Source of the DNA: an uncultured Chloroflexia bacterium
GTDB lineage: Bacteria; Chloroflexota; UBA6077; JACCZL01
DNA length: 64,000 bases
Assembly: GCA_963765765.1 (NCBI GenBank)
Contig: CAVXYC010000015.1
Coordinates: forward strand, 128,001-192,000
Reading direction: 5' to 3'
Below the pieces are notes generated by a model. That model was not told the origin of the DNA and made no database searches. It saw nothing but the letters and a program-made list of their open reading frames with translations. Made by a program: the position numbers and the translations under genes. Every line of letters starts with the position of its first letter. Position 1 is the first letter of the stretch. Below, in pieces: positions 22,624 through 32,912 of the stretch.

Positions 22624-23091
22624 CTACAGTTCGCCGAGCAGCGCCAGGCGACGGTTGTGCTCACGAAAGCGCACGCTCAGGATGCGGCCCAGGTCCAGCA
22701 CGAAGCACATGGCGAGCCTCGGATACGCCAGACGCAGCTTGTCGAAGCCTGCCGGCGTCATGATGAGAGCTTCCGAATCCCCGACCGCCCGAACATCGGC
22801 TGATCGAGGCTCGCCATCGAAGAAAGCCAGGTCGCCGAAGATATCTCCAACTCGGAAGGTGCGAGCATGCCGAGGGCCACCTGGGGTCGGTATGAGTACC
22901 TCGAAGGCGCCCGCGGTGATGACATACAGACCGCGATCGGTGTCGCCACAGCGGATCGCCAGCTCGCTCGCGGCATAGCGGCGCGCCTCGGTGTAGCTCA
23001 GCACGGTGGCGATCTCGTCGTCGTAGAGGTCGTCGAGGAAGCCGGCGGTCTGCGCGTCGCGATCGGCGCGAAAGAAGACTGACGAGCCCAT
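22624..23091 (-). CDS. Stand-alone cyclic-nucleotide-binding domain protein
   Basis: LYVITAG, GDIFGDLAFFDGEPRSADVRA; no HTH. Confidence 0.85.
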   Translation of the reverse strand: MGSSVFFRADRDAQTAGFLDDLYDDEIATVLSYTEARRYAASELAIRCGDTDRGLYVITAGAFEVLIPTPGGPRHARTFRVGDIFGDLAFFDGEPRSADVRAVGDSEALIMTPAGFDKLRLAYPRLAMCFVLDLGRILSVRFREHNRRLALLGEL

Positions 23092-23120
23092 ATCTCACGT
23101 CTCCAGGCCGGGCCGGCGGA

Positions 23121-23528
23121 CTACTGCTCCGCGCCCTTGAGCATGATGTCCTGCACGACCTGATAGGCCTCGGCCCAGGCTGAGGTGTACTCGGGCTTCC
23201 AGGCCGAGCCGCCCATTTCGGCCATCGTCTCGAGCAGGACGGCGCCGACCACCGGATAGTGCTCCGGACGCGCCCCGTAGTCAACGTGTCGGGCACCGAG
23301 CTCCTCGAGGTCCGGAGCGATCACGGAGAGATCCCGGAGCGACTCTCGGAGCGTGATGAGAATCGCCAGCAACGAGCTCTTCTGGGTGTCCATGTCCACC
23401 GTCTCGAAGAGCGGCCGCGTACCGGGCGCGGTTTCGAACAGTCGATCGTAAAACCGATCGACGAGCTCCTGGCCGCGCGGGGCGATCAGGTCGAAGCTCT
23501 TCTCCAAGAGCTCGACATCCACTGGCAT
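23121..23528 (-). CDS. Single-domain globin of the flavohaemoglobin/M family
   Basis: FYDRLF..P..RPLF, Q(E7), LGARH (F8 His), PEHYPVVG..LL, AW..AY; RBS ggaggt. Confidence 0.92.
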   Translation of the reverse strand: MPVDVELLEKSFDLIAPRGQELVDRFYDRLFETAPGTRPLFETVDMDTQKSSLLAILITLRESLRDLSVIAPDLEELGARHVDYGARPEHYPVVGAVLLETMAEMGGSAWKPEYTSAWAEAYQVVQDIMLKGAEQ

Positions 23529-23730
23529 GTTCCCACCTCCAAACTGGATCGAGCGCACATCCTACTTCAGGGCCGGGATCGTAATGCTCCGCACGCCGCT
23601 CGTCAAGCGTTGCCCGCGCCCACCGGTGGAGCGCCGCCGCTCGGTTGGGACGCGCATCATCGGGCCGGATGGAAGGGCGCGGCCGATGAGTCCGGTTGTT
23701 GAGCAGGTTAGCGAGTGAACGCTCGGCGGT

Positions 23731-24148
23731 TCACGCGACTCCGATGATTTCGTGTGTCGCTTTCAGCAGCTCGTCAATGTCCATCGGCTTCGCGATCACC
23801 GGATGCTTCCCATACCGTGCCTGCTCATCCTGGGCCCGCGAAAGTAGCCCCTGCGCGGTTGACGTAAGTAGCAGTGGAATCCCCCGCGTGGTCACCGCGT
23901 CGTGCAGCTCGGTGAGCAGCGACCACCCCGCCTCCTGCCCGGCCACCAGATCCACGATGACCAGGTCCGGATGGAGGGCGTCGACGAGGCTCGAAGGTTT
24001 TCGGCACAAAGTTCGTCGTGGTGACGTTGAAGCCCTCCTCCTGGAACAAGATCCGGATGAAGTCGAGAAACTCCGGCGCTCCGTTCACGACGAGGATGTG
24101 CTTCCGGGCCATCTGCTGCTGTTCATCGCGGCCGTCGTCATGACTCAT
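23731..24148 (-). CDS. Response regulator receiver protein (frameshift near 23990)
   Basis: HILVVN...PDLVIVDL...PLLLTS...KPMDIDEL. Confidence 0.75.
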
Positions 24149-24728
24149 GCGTTTCACCATCCAATACTGTCATTCTCGATCACCGAGCTGAGCTTCTGAG
24201 TGCTGCCAATTCTATGACGCGTACTTTCTACAGATATTGTGGGCCCCCGGAAGGAGGGCGATCGTGGGGGACAATGGCAAGGGCAGCGGCAAGGCGATAC
24301 AGTTGCCCTCCGCGGCCGTCTTTACAGACTCCCGGTTGGGCCGCCGCTCCCATCTGCTCGGCGTAATTGTCCCGCGGCATGGCTGCTCCTTCGCACAACT
24401 GTGCACGCTCTCATCGGGGTGTTGGGCAGATCTTAGGTCGTGCCTCCGCCGACCTGGCAGCATGACGAAGGGGCTTGTCGCGAAAATCGACAAGCCCCTT
24501 CGTCCTCTTTATGTTCCTCGTCACCTCAGGTTTACGCGCGTGGGAGTCCGGAAGTGGACTCGTGCCCCGGTGTGTCTCGGCCCGACAGGCTGACGAGCAC
24601 TACGGCGGATCCTGAGGGGTCTGTCTCGCTCCGCGTTCTTTGAGCGCGGAGCCTCACTGATCCACTTCGAAGCGGTGCTGGAGGACAATCAATTTCACGT
24701 GCATAGGCCCTCCCTGGGGTCAAATTTA

Positions 24729-24760
24729 GCGGACGCTCCGAACGGTCCGCGTATTTTTTT
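24729..24760 (+). terminator. Putative intrinsic terminator
   Basis: gcggac...gtccgc stem followed by gtattttttt. Confidence 0.45.
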
Positions 24761-24892
24761 GTACCACTTCGAGCGACCTCGAGCAAGAGGTTCGGAGCCA
24801 TTTCCGGGGCCGCGTCCTGGTCTGATCAGATCGTCATACAGGCGGTGTCAGCGGAGTATCCGAACGAAGTGGGCATGATGAGCGGTTCCCGC

Positions 24893-25156
24893 CTAGAGAG
24901 GGGCGCTGTCACGCGGCATCGAGGCACTCAAACGATCGTAGAAATGGACGATCGCTTCTCCAAACCCATCGTGTTGTTCGACCAGACTGAGATGACCGGC
25001 GGATTCCAACTCGAGCAACTTCGATCCCGGAATCGTCCCGTGCATCAAGCGGCTCACCTCCGGCACGAAGACGCGATCCGTGTCCGATGTGAGCACCAGC
25101 GTGGGCGTCGTCAGCGTACGGAGTGTCGCGGTCTCGTCGAACTTAAACGACGCCAA
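24893..25156 (-). pseudogene. Alpha/beta hydrolase C-terminal fragment
   Basis: PTLVLTSDTDRV..IPGSKL..SAGHLSLVE; N-terminal half absent. Confidence 0.7.
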
Positions 25157-25505
25157 ATGGACCGGGTACGTTCTGTGCCTTACGGCCGGACACGGGCCGC
25201 GGGTCGGGCGACACTGACCCCGACGGAGAGAAGGTCCAGAAGGTGGCGGAGGAGACGCAGTCGGCGGCTCAGAAAGCGGCCAGCGAGCAAAAGCTTACGG
25301 CGTAAGAACGCTAATCTCCAGGCAACCGGGGCGGCTGAGAGGCCGCTTCAGTTTTTGCCTGGGGTAATGGCCAACAGCTTCCCGGGAAGCTGTTGCGGAT
25401 CGCTACCGATCGAACAGGATACTTCCTTCGGTCCGTGGACCCGCTCACGCCGATTAACGCCGTTCCGGTAGGGGTAGGAAATTGAGCTTCAGAAGGAATC
25501 CACCG

Positions 25506-26000
25506 ATGAATGGTGACGAACGCGACGCGCTCCAGGCGCTGGTGGATGAGCAGCGAAAAACGATCGCCGAGCTCCAGACGCCGGTCATTCAAATCTGGGA
25601 TGGCATCCTCGCGCTGCCGATTGTCGGCAGCCTCGATACCGCTCGCACGCTGGATATGAATGAGGCCCTGCTCGACAAGATCCAGGCCACCGAATCGGAG
25701 ATCGTCATTGTGGACATTACCGGCGTGCCCTTGGTCGACACCGCCGTCGCGAAGCATCTGCTCGAGACGGTGGCCGCCGCCCGATTGCTGGGTGCCGAAG
25801 TGCTGATCGTCGGACTCTCGACCACCATCGCGCTCACGCTCGTGCATCTGGGCCTCGATTTGGCGGGCGTCACCACACGCACCACCATGGCCAAGGGGCT
25901 CGAACTGGCCTTCGCTCGGCTCGGTATCGAGATCGTCGCGCGCCGGGGCAACCGCGACCGAGCGGGGGGCCATCGGTTCGACGCTATCGGAGATCTGTGA
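25506..26000 (+). CDS. STAS domain protein, RsbR/RsbS-like
   Basis: ELQTPVIQIWDGILALPIVGSLDTAR, VDITGVPLVDT, ARLLGA. Confidence 0.9.
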   Translation: MNGDERDALQALVDEQRKTIAELQTPVIQIWDGILALPIVGSLDTARTLDMNEALLDKIQATESEIVIVDITGVPLVDTAVAKHLLETVAAARLLGAEVLIVGLSTTIALTLVHLGLDLAGVTTRTTMAKGLELAFARLGIEIVARRGNRDRAGGHRFDAIGDL

Positions 26001-26604
26001 CGGACGCGTCGCGAGACGTTCGAATAACCATCGAGACACGTAAGAAACCGGGTTCTGATGATAGGGTATCAAAACGAGCGCTTCCTCAATTGGGATCACG
26101 GGTAGTGGATTCGAGGCTGTTCAGACCGTACTCTTTCTCCCCGGGCTGGCCACTCACGGGCGGTGTTCCAAGGGTCGGATCGCGTGACCGTCCTCCGGAC
26201 GGCTGCGGGCCCGCGCAGATCGGTAGGACCAAACGCGTCACGGCGCTTATCGATCCTCGGACCACCAGGGGCCGGTGCACTCGGGAGGAGAACGGTCAGA
26301 GGTAGAGAGACGCATCAGTTTGTCTGGGCGAAGCCTAGTGCCTCGTCCCCATGTAAATGACGTTGCTTCGGATGGGCAACGGGCTCAAGCGGGGGCTCTC
26401 GAGCGCCTGGCCTCGGGCGGCGTATCGGGCCGCTATATTGTGTTGCTCCAACCGTCGGAAGTCGAATGACGGCAGCGTCAATGTGAACGTGCTTCCGTGG
26501 CGTTCTCCCGCGCGCTCGGCCCCGGTAGTGATGATCGGGCGATGAACTGGTGGGTCCGAACTCCTGTAACTAGGCCGCCTGGCGCATAGGCTGGGTAGGA
26601 AAGC

Positions 26605-26724
26605 ATGCTCAACGTTACGCTGGACACAAACTGTTTGATCGATCTCGAAGAGGATCGTCCGAACGCCGTGCACGTACGGAAGATCATCGCGGCGGATGCC
26701 GCGGGCGTCGTGAAGGTTCGCCCG
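26605..26724 (+). pseudogene. Truncated PIN-like gene fused to a duplicated dioxygenase 3' end
   Basis: RBS, then MLNVTLDTNCLIDL; the sequence switches abruptly at 26725. Confidence 0.45.
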
Positions 26725-26839
26725 CCTGGACCGCCCACGAGCACGTCAACAGCGGCGATCGTCCGGCCTATTTGTTCAGCTTCACCGCCGCCCCGCTATG
26801 AAAGCGCTGGATCTCTATCGCGAGGAGGCGGTGGACTGA
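26725..26839 (+). repeat. Diverged direct repeat of the dioxygenase 3' end (19769-19880)
   Basis: About 112-bp alignment with 13 differences by hand count, mostly synonymous. Confidence 0.92.
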
Positions 26840-26955
26840 GAAAGAAGACATTATCCCGGGCTCACCGTCCTCAATCGAGAGCCTGACCGACTCGCCCTGG
26901 CGTGGGCGTTCCCAGCGAGGGCAGTCTGGTGGCTGCGCGCTCGGCGAACAGCGCC

Positions 26956-27759
26956 CTAGCGCGGCGGAGCCAATTTCGTGCCGCCAGGGATCTCAATCGA
27001 GATGCCGGCATCGACATGCAGCGTCTGGCCGGTGATCCAGCGCGCTTCATCGCTGGCGAGGAAGACGGATGCCCAGCCAATGTCCCAGGCGGTGCCTTCG
27101 TCCTTGATCACCCCTGACGTTGCCCGCTCCTCCCGCCCCTCGGGCGTCAGCCGCCCGGCCACAAGTGGTGTGTAGACCTGGCCTGGGGCCACGGCGTTGA
27201 CGCGAATACGGCGGTCACCCAGTTGGCCTGCTAAAGCCACGGTCAGGCCCATCGCCGCCGACTTGCTGGTCGTGTAGGCGGTCGACGTCGGTGGGTAGGC
27301 ACGCACGGCCGCGATGGACGACAGATTTATTATCGAGCCGCCGCCGGCCTGCTGCATATAGGGGACGACCGCCTGCGCTGCCATTACCATGCTGCGCAGG
27401 TTCACCTGGAAATGATGATCCCAGTCCTCTTCGGTGATGTCCTCGAGCTTCTGGCGCGACGGGATGCCCACGTTGTTCTGCAAGATGTCGATGCGGCCGT
27501 AGCGCTCAGACGCGGCGGCAGCCATCGCCTTGCACTGGGCCTGCTTGCTGACGTCGGCTACGAAGGCCGATGCGACGCCACCCTCGTCACAAATGAGCCC
27601 AACAGTCTCCTGCGCGCGCTCCTCAACGATGTCGACGCAAAGCACGCTCGCGCCTTCCCGCGCGAACAGGATTGCCGCGGCCTTGCCATTCCCGACGCCG
27701 GGGCCGCTGGAGCCCGCCCCGGTCACGATCGCTACTTTTCCCTGGAGTCGGTCAGCCAT
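26956..27759 (-). CDS. SDR family oxidoreductase
   Basis: TGAGSSGPGVGNG, NNVG, YTTSK, ITGQTLHVDAG. Confidence 0.93.
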   Translation of the reverse strand: MADRLQGKVAIVTGAGSSGPGVGNGKAAAILFAREGASVLCVDIVEERAQETVGLICDEGGVASAFVADVSKQAQCKAMAAAASERYGRIDILQNNVGIPSRQKLEDITEEDWDHHFQVNLRSMVMAAQAVVPYMQQAGGGSIINLSSIAAVRAYPPTSTAYTTSKSAAMGLTVALAGQLGDRRIRVNAVAPGQVYTPLVAGRLTPEGREERATSGVIKDEGTAWDIGWASVFLASDEARWITGQTLHVDAGISIEIPGGTKLAPPR

Positions 27760-27973
27760 TTGACACCCTCATTACTCGTCGTGCTCGCGTGGCAGTCTAG
27801 CAGCACTTGCAGCAGTATGCGCCGTATCGTTCGGGTGTACTTCGCGCGGCGCCAAAAGGCTGGGCAGGGACAGGGGCCATTGGCCGCACTGCTGGCTCAC
27901 TGACCAGGGGAATGCTCGATGACTGCTCGCCGTGGTGGCATAGTCTGCAGCCAGCAGAACGGAGGCACGCCCC

Positions 27974-28527
27974 ATGGCACGCATACCACTTATCGACTCA
28001 CGCGATCAGTTGTCCGAAGCGGACCAAGGCTATCTATGCCGAGACGCTGCGCATGCCGGGAGTAAGCCGGCAGATCACCGGTCCGCAGCGGCTGGTCCTT
28101 CGGGATGCGAAGCTCAATCACGCCTTCCAGGTACTCGTTAGCGGGCTGCGCACCGAGACCACGGTGACCGATCTCGATCACGAGCTGGCCATTCTGGCCA
28201 CCGTACGAGAGATGCGTAGCACCTATCCCTGGGGCGCCACGTGACCCGCGCTCGGGAAGCCGGCGTCTCGGAGACGGCCATCGACGTGATTCGGAGTGGG
28301 GCGACCGTGGACCGCCTGCCTGCTGCGGGTGCCGACATCGTTTCGTACGCGCGGCAGCTCGCGCGCGATGGTCAGGCGGAGCAAGCCGTGTTCGATCGTC
28401 TCCTGTCCGCGCCCGATGAGCGCTGCTCATGGAGCTGACGCTGCTGATTGCGTAGTACTGCGGCATCGCCACGTTCGCGAACGCATTCGAGATCGAGCCG
28501 GCGGACATCTGCCACCTGCCTTGCTAG
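27974..28527 (+). pseudogene. Degraded paralog of the CMD/AhpD-like gene at 46286
   Basis: Colinear nucleotide similarity including the upstream region; three indels plus Trp TGG to TAG at 28453. Confidence 0.8.
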
Positions 28528-28731
28528 GGTCGGTTTGTGACGGGACGGTGGTTGAACACGCACGGCTACACGAATCGCGACACCCCCGGGCGGCGAATAG
28601 AGGACGAAAAGCGCGCACGTGCGAATAACCTCACCCCGGTGATTGGAGGGCGGCCGGCAGTCGGATGATGGTTGGTATAGAACCGTTAGCATCCGTTGGT
28701 GAGAGCATCTTAGACTGTCTATGGAGTCCGC

Positions 28732-30195
28732 TTGATATACCCATCTGACCGCCGTGGCATCTGGTGGCTTCCGTCTGACCCATCCAACATGGTGCCCGGC
28801 TCACTGAGCTACTCCCCCGAGAGGGGCGTCAACCTCGACCTTTCCGGCATTCTCCAAGCTAATCGGCACCCCCTGACCTTGGACGTGCACGACATCGTGC
28901 TCGGTATTGTGGACGGCAGCATCCCGGTAACCCTTCACCGGGTGACGGCCAGAAACACAAAATTCGATTGGCCGTCGAGGCAGGACCTACACGTACAGTG
29001 GGCCTTCATCGGATGCCACTGCGACACCTCGTCTGATTTGCTCTTCGACCGAGCCAGAGCCCAGTACAGCCATCTAACAGACTGGGTGCGAAAGCCACCG
29101 TTCAAAGAAACATTGGAGCACGGCGCAAGCGGCGAGCGAGCTCGTTACGTTGTGGAGTACGTACGGCCTGCCTCCTTGACCGCCCGTGTTCGCGGGGCGA
29201 CGCTGACTATTGATCACGTGTTCCTTCAAGATACGGACTCACTACGCGACGTGTCGCTGCAACAATTGGCGGTAGTTGACGTTGTGCCGGATACTCCTCA
29301 GAGGCACGATGCGTTGCTGAGACAGTATGTCAGGCCGATGCAGGATCTATTGACCTTGTCGATGGATCGTTGCAACGCCCTGACGAACGTCGAGCTGCGG
29401 TTGTGCAATGACGATAAGAGGCAGCATGCCGACCCCTGGTGGAATGAGAGAATACAACTCTACTTTCAGCCAATCTTCATGGAAGATATCAGAGATTCCA
29501 AGAAGTTCTTCGCTCCAGCTCCAGAACATATAGTATTTGCGCTCTGGGATATCGAGAAGCGATTTGAAATCACAATCAACCGATGGATTGATTTAAGTGA
29601 AGAACTAGACAGTGTTTTCAAGACCTACTTCTCTCTGAAGTATCAAGAGTCTGCTGGATTCGTATATCAAGAGCAGAAATTTATTGCCGTATGTCAGGCG
29701 ATAGAATCATATCACAGGCGTGCGGTTCAATATACTCCTATGTCAAAGTCAGAATTTCGGACATTAACGCGTGGAATATATCGAAAGTTGAGCAAAGAAG
29801 AGTCAAACTGGATAAAACCAACATTGATGTACGCAAATGAGTACAGCATGAAGTCAAGATTACAGCAATTACTCGAGAAAGAATCAGTCATCATGAATCC
29901 TCTGATTTCAGACAGAGATAGGTTCATGAAATCGGTTGTTGATACGAGAAATTATCTTACGCATTACACCAGGACCAGCAAGTCCATCATCTTATCTGGT
30001 GCTGAAATGCACAGCGCGTTTGTTCTACTCGAGTTCCTTCTCGTTGCGTGTTTTCTTGATGAACTAGACAAGCCTCGCGGAGTCTTACCCGGACTACTAC
30101 GTCGCAATGACCGATACGCCCAGACTGCGAGGGTAGCGGGGAATGATGTTCGCACCTATCTCGAAGCGCCCTACAGCGGGTCTCATAGTAGTTGA
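28732..30195 (+). CDS. ApeA-like protein (ApeA N-terminal domain + HEPN RNase), putative anti-phage effector
   Basis: GIWWLP..VPGSLSY N-terminus, QAIESYHR, HEPN motif RNYLTH; AT-richer than flanks. Confidence 0.8.
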   Translation: MIYPSDRRGIWWLPSDPSNMVPGSLSYSPERGVNLDLSGILQANRHPLTLDVHDIVLGIVDGSIPVTLHRVTARNTKFDWPSRQDLHVQWAFIGCHCDTSSDLLFDRARAQYSHLTDWVRKPPFKETLEHGASGERARYVVEYVRPASLTARVRGATLTIDHVFLQDTDSLRDVSLQQLAVVDVVPDTPQRHDALLRQYVRPMQDLLTLSMDRCNALTNVELRLCNDDKRQHADPWWNERIQLYFQPIFMEDIRDSKKFFAPAPEHIVFALWDIEKRFEITINRWIDLSEELDSVFKTYFSLKYQESAGFVYQEQKFIAVCQAIESYHRRAVQYTPMSKSEFRTLTRGIYRKLSKEESNWIKPTLMYANEYSMKSRLQQLLEKESVIMNPLISDRDRFMKSVVDTRNYLTHYTRTSKSIILSGAEMHSAFVLLEFLLVACFLDELDKPRGVLPGLLRRNDRYAQTARVAGNDVRTYLEAPYSGSHSS

Positions 30196-31170
30196 TCCAT
30201 TGTCCCGTAACCGCAGTGCTGGAACCAGCCAGCGGCGTCGCGCGGGGTGATCGTGCGGAGCGCGGCCCAGGTCGCCGCGCGCAACGTTTCCTCCGTCCGG
30301 GCCTGGACCCGTCGCAGCTGCGCTTTCACCTTGGAGAAGGCTTCCTCGATCGGGTTGAAATCCGGGGAATAGGCCGGGAGGTGCCACATCTCAGCCCCCT
30401 GCGCTTCGATCAGCGCCCGCACCCGGGGATGAAAATGGGCCCGCAGATTGTCCATCACCACGATCTGCCCGGGGCGCAGCCGCGGAGCCAGGCCCCGTTC
30501 GACGTACACGGCGAAGGCCTGGCCGGTCATCCCGCCATCGACGGTCAGGCCCGGGAGCATGCCCGTCGGGGGCCGGGCGGTCACGACGGTGTGATTGACG
30601 CCGTTGTTCCGGGGCGCGGACCCTGGCGCGCGCGCGCCACGCGGGGCTCGGGAGTAGGTCGGCGTGAACCCGGTGTGACTGCCCGGTCTCGTCCACCCAG
30701 ACCCAGCGCCGCGGATCGATCGTGGCGGCCCGGTCCCGCCAGGCCGCGCGCTGGGCCTCGTTCCGTTCGGACGCGGCCAGCGACTTTTTTTGACCGTCCA
30801 GCCGAGATCGTGGACGATCACCCGGCTCAGCGTGGCCCGGCTCACTTCGATGCCGTGCTGCTCCGCGAACTGACGCCGGTAGTCGTTCAGCGTCGCGTCG
30901 GGGTGCGCCTGGACCAAGGGCAATAGAGGCGCCCGCAGGGCGGCCATCGTGATCGACGGCGCTCCCGGACGCGGGGACGTCCGCAGCGATCCCGTCTGGC
31001 GCTGGCGTCGCAGCCAGCGGACGATCGTGGGGAGAGAAACCTGAAACTGCTCGGCGACGACGGCCGGGGCACGCCGCGCTGGACTGCCGCCACCACCCGC
31101 TCACGCAAATCCACGGAGTAGGCCTTCATACTTCAGGCTACCAGACGATCAACTCCCCCTGGACCCGCTG
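30174..31170 (-). mobile_element. IS630-family insertion sequence, 997 bp
   Basis: Imperfect TIRs CAGCGGGTC-N7-AGTTGATC at both ends; TA duplication at 30172-30173 and 31171-31172. Confidence 0.92.
30183..31129 (-). CDS. IS630 transposase (HTH + DDE; A7G slippery site 30784-30791 plus extra indels)
   Basis: MKAYSVDLRERVV, WVDET, VVMDN, LPAYSPDFNPIEEAFSK. Confidence 0.92.
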
Positions 31171-31746
31171 TAGAATATCCTTCTTAACCCGTGGGCCGTC
31201 ACTTGGCATGGGTTTGCTACAGTACCTTCGACTGTAACCTCACTCGGTGCCTTCCCGGGGCAATCATCGAGGGGGATGAGATCCAGAGTCATTGAGTGGA
31301 CGCGAGCATGAGCATCGCTCCGCGAATTTGTACGCATACAGTCATGCATGTAGCCTGCTCGGTGCACAGTTGCGGTAGTTCCTGTCCGGTGGCCCCCTGC
31401 GCAGGTGGAAAGCCAGCCATGCGCAAGACGGCGTACAGAATCAGCCACCCAGCCAGTGGGCAGACTGAAAAGCGTGGTGATAATCCACAGACGGTGAGCG
31501 CCATATAGACGATGCCCGCGGCTGTGAGTAGCAGCGATCGCATGTGCACTCGCGGGTGGGTGAATGAAACGCGAACGCTACCGCACACCCGCACGTCCGT
31601 AGAATCGATGCTGCAACGGGGAGCGTGGATGATGGCTCCGAAGCCGCGTGTGGACTCCAGGAACGGCGCCCCTATGAGTCCGATGCGCGAGTCGGCAAGC
31701 GATTTTGCCCCAGCCGGACGACTCCACGCCCATCGACGGCTGCGGC

Positions 31747-32583
31747 TCAGACCTTGAAGAACAGGCCTCGGAATGTCCTGGCGGCATCCAGGTCGCCCGA
31801 GTCCTCACCGGCCTGGGTGCGCTGGAAACAGGTCAGCACGAAGTCGCTGGGAGTAAATGACAGCGTGGCCGGGGCGCTCGGGGACGGATCTGGCTGGGCG
31901 CTGAATTCACCGTTGTCCACCGTGACGTTCCAGGATCCGCCATTCGCGCCGGAGACTTTGATGGCACAGCTCACGGTCCGATTGGCGGCGCGCTGCGCGT
32001 CAACGGTGTACTGCAGGAGGATGAACATGAACGGTGTCAGGATGTCAGCCGAGAGATCAGTCAGCGGCTGGTTGATGCCCAGGGCACGCTGCGCATCCCA
32101 GGTATGGACCGAATAGTCCATGAGCTGGAAAGCCGGGAAGAAGAACGCCGGTAGCGGGCCCATGTAGGAATGGTTCACCAGGTGGCTGCCCCATTCTTCC
32201 TCGTTGAGCTGCTCGAAGATCGCAAACAGCCGATCCGCGTCGCTGTTCAGCCGCCGCAGCATCTCGTGGCGCGGCAGATCGCGAAACCGTCGCGCGCCAG
32301 CGTCCTCCAGCTCGGCCATCACCAGGAGGCCCACCGGATCAGGGAACGTCTTGCCAGTGCGGGCGCCATCAAAGCGCTCCAGGTACGACTCGGAGTTATC
32401 GACCAGGTGCCCGACGAGGTCGCGTATATGCCATCCTTCGCATGGCGTCGGTTTGGTCCAGTCGTCCTCGGAGGCCGAGACCAGTTGATTGAACGTAGCC
32501 CGGTCCGTACGCAGCGCTTCTAGCAGGGCATCCTTGCCTGCGAACTCCATTGCGTTGAGCGATCGTGAATGACCCTGCGTCAT
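31747..32583 (-). CDS. Maleylpyruvate isomerase/TIGR03083-like DinB-superfamily metalloenzyme
   Basis: W.KPTPCEGWHIRDLVGHL, DYSVHTWD, SCP2-like C-terminus. Confidence 0.8.
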   Translation of the reverse strand: MTQGHSRSLNAMEFAGKDALLEALRTDRATFNQLVSASEDDWTKPTPCEGWHIRDLVGHLVDNSESYLERFDGARTGKTFPDPVGLLVMAELEDAGARRFRDLPRHEMLRRLNSDADRLFAIFEQLNEEEWGSHLVNHSYMGPLPAFFFPAFQLMDYSVHTWDAQRALGINQPLTDLSADILTPFMFILLQYTVDAQRAANRTVSCAIKVSGANGGSWNVTVDNGEFSAQPDPSPSAPATLSFTPSDFVLTCFQRTQAGEDSGDLDAARTFRGLFFKV

Positions 32584-32912
32584 GGCTTCCGTCCTTCTTT
32601 CGCCCAACGCCCTGGCTCCAGCCAACGCATCGGCAAGCGGAGTTTCCCGGCAGTGTGGATTCAGCCCTTGAGAACGGGCTCAGTATACGCCCATTGCTGA
32701 CCTGCGCCCGCCCGTCATAGCGATGGGGCGTTCTACAAGCGGGAGGAACATCGACGGAGAAACGGCATCGTTGATGCACTGCCGACAGGATGTCGGCGGT
32801 CCCAGTGCTTAGCACAAGGGCTACTGGGAGCCGGACAAAGATTCCGCGACCGGGCCGGCGAACCAAGCGCACTCCTGGCTCGGTGTACGCCCGGCCCGCG
32901 CTGCTTAGTGCG

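Noticed and set aside
21271-22978. Long + strand ORFs (353, 224 and 306 aa) and similar antisense ORFs elsewhere
   Set aside because: High-GC shadows of motif-supported genes on the opposite strand
24590-24680. Hammerhead ribozyme (CTGACGAG core)
   Set aside because: No closing stem II or correctly placed GAAA found
28453-28455. Pyrrolysine or amber recoding at an in-frame TAG
   Set aside because: It replaces Trp in a copy that also has three indels, and there are no pyl genes; simple decay fits better
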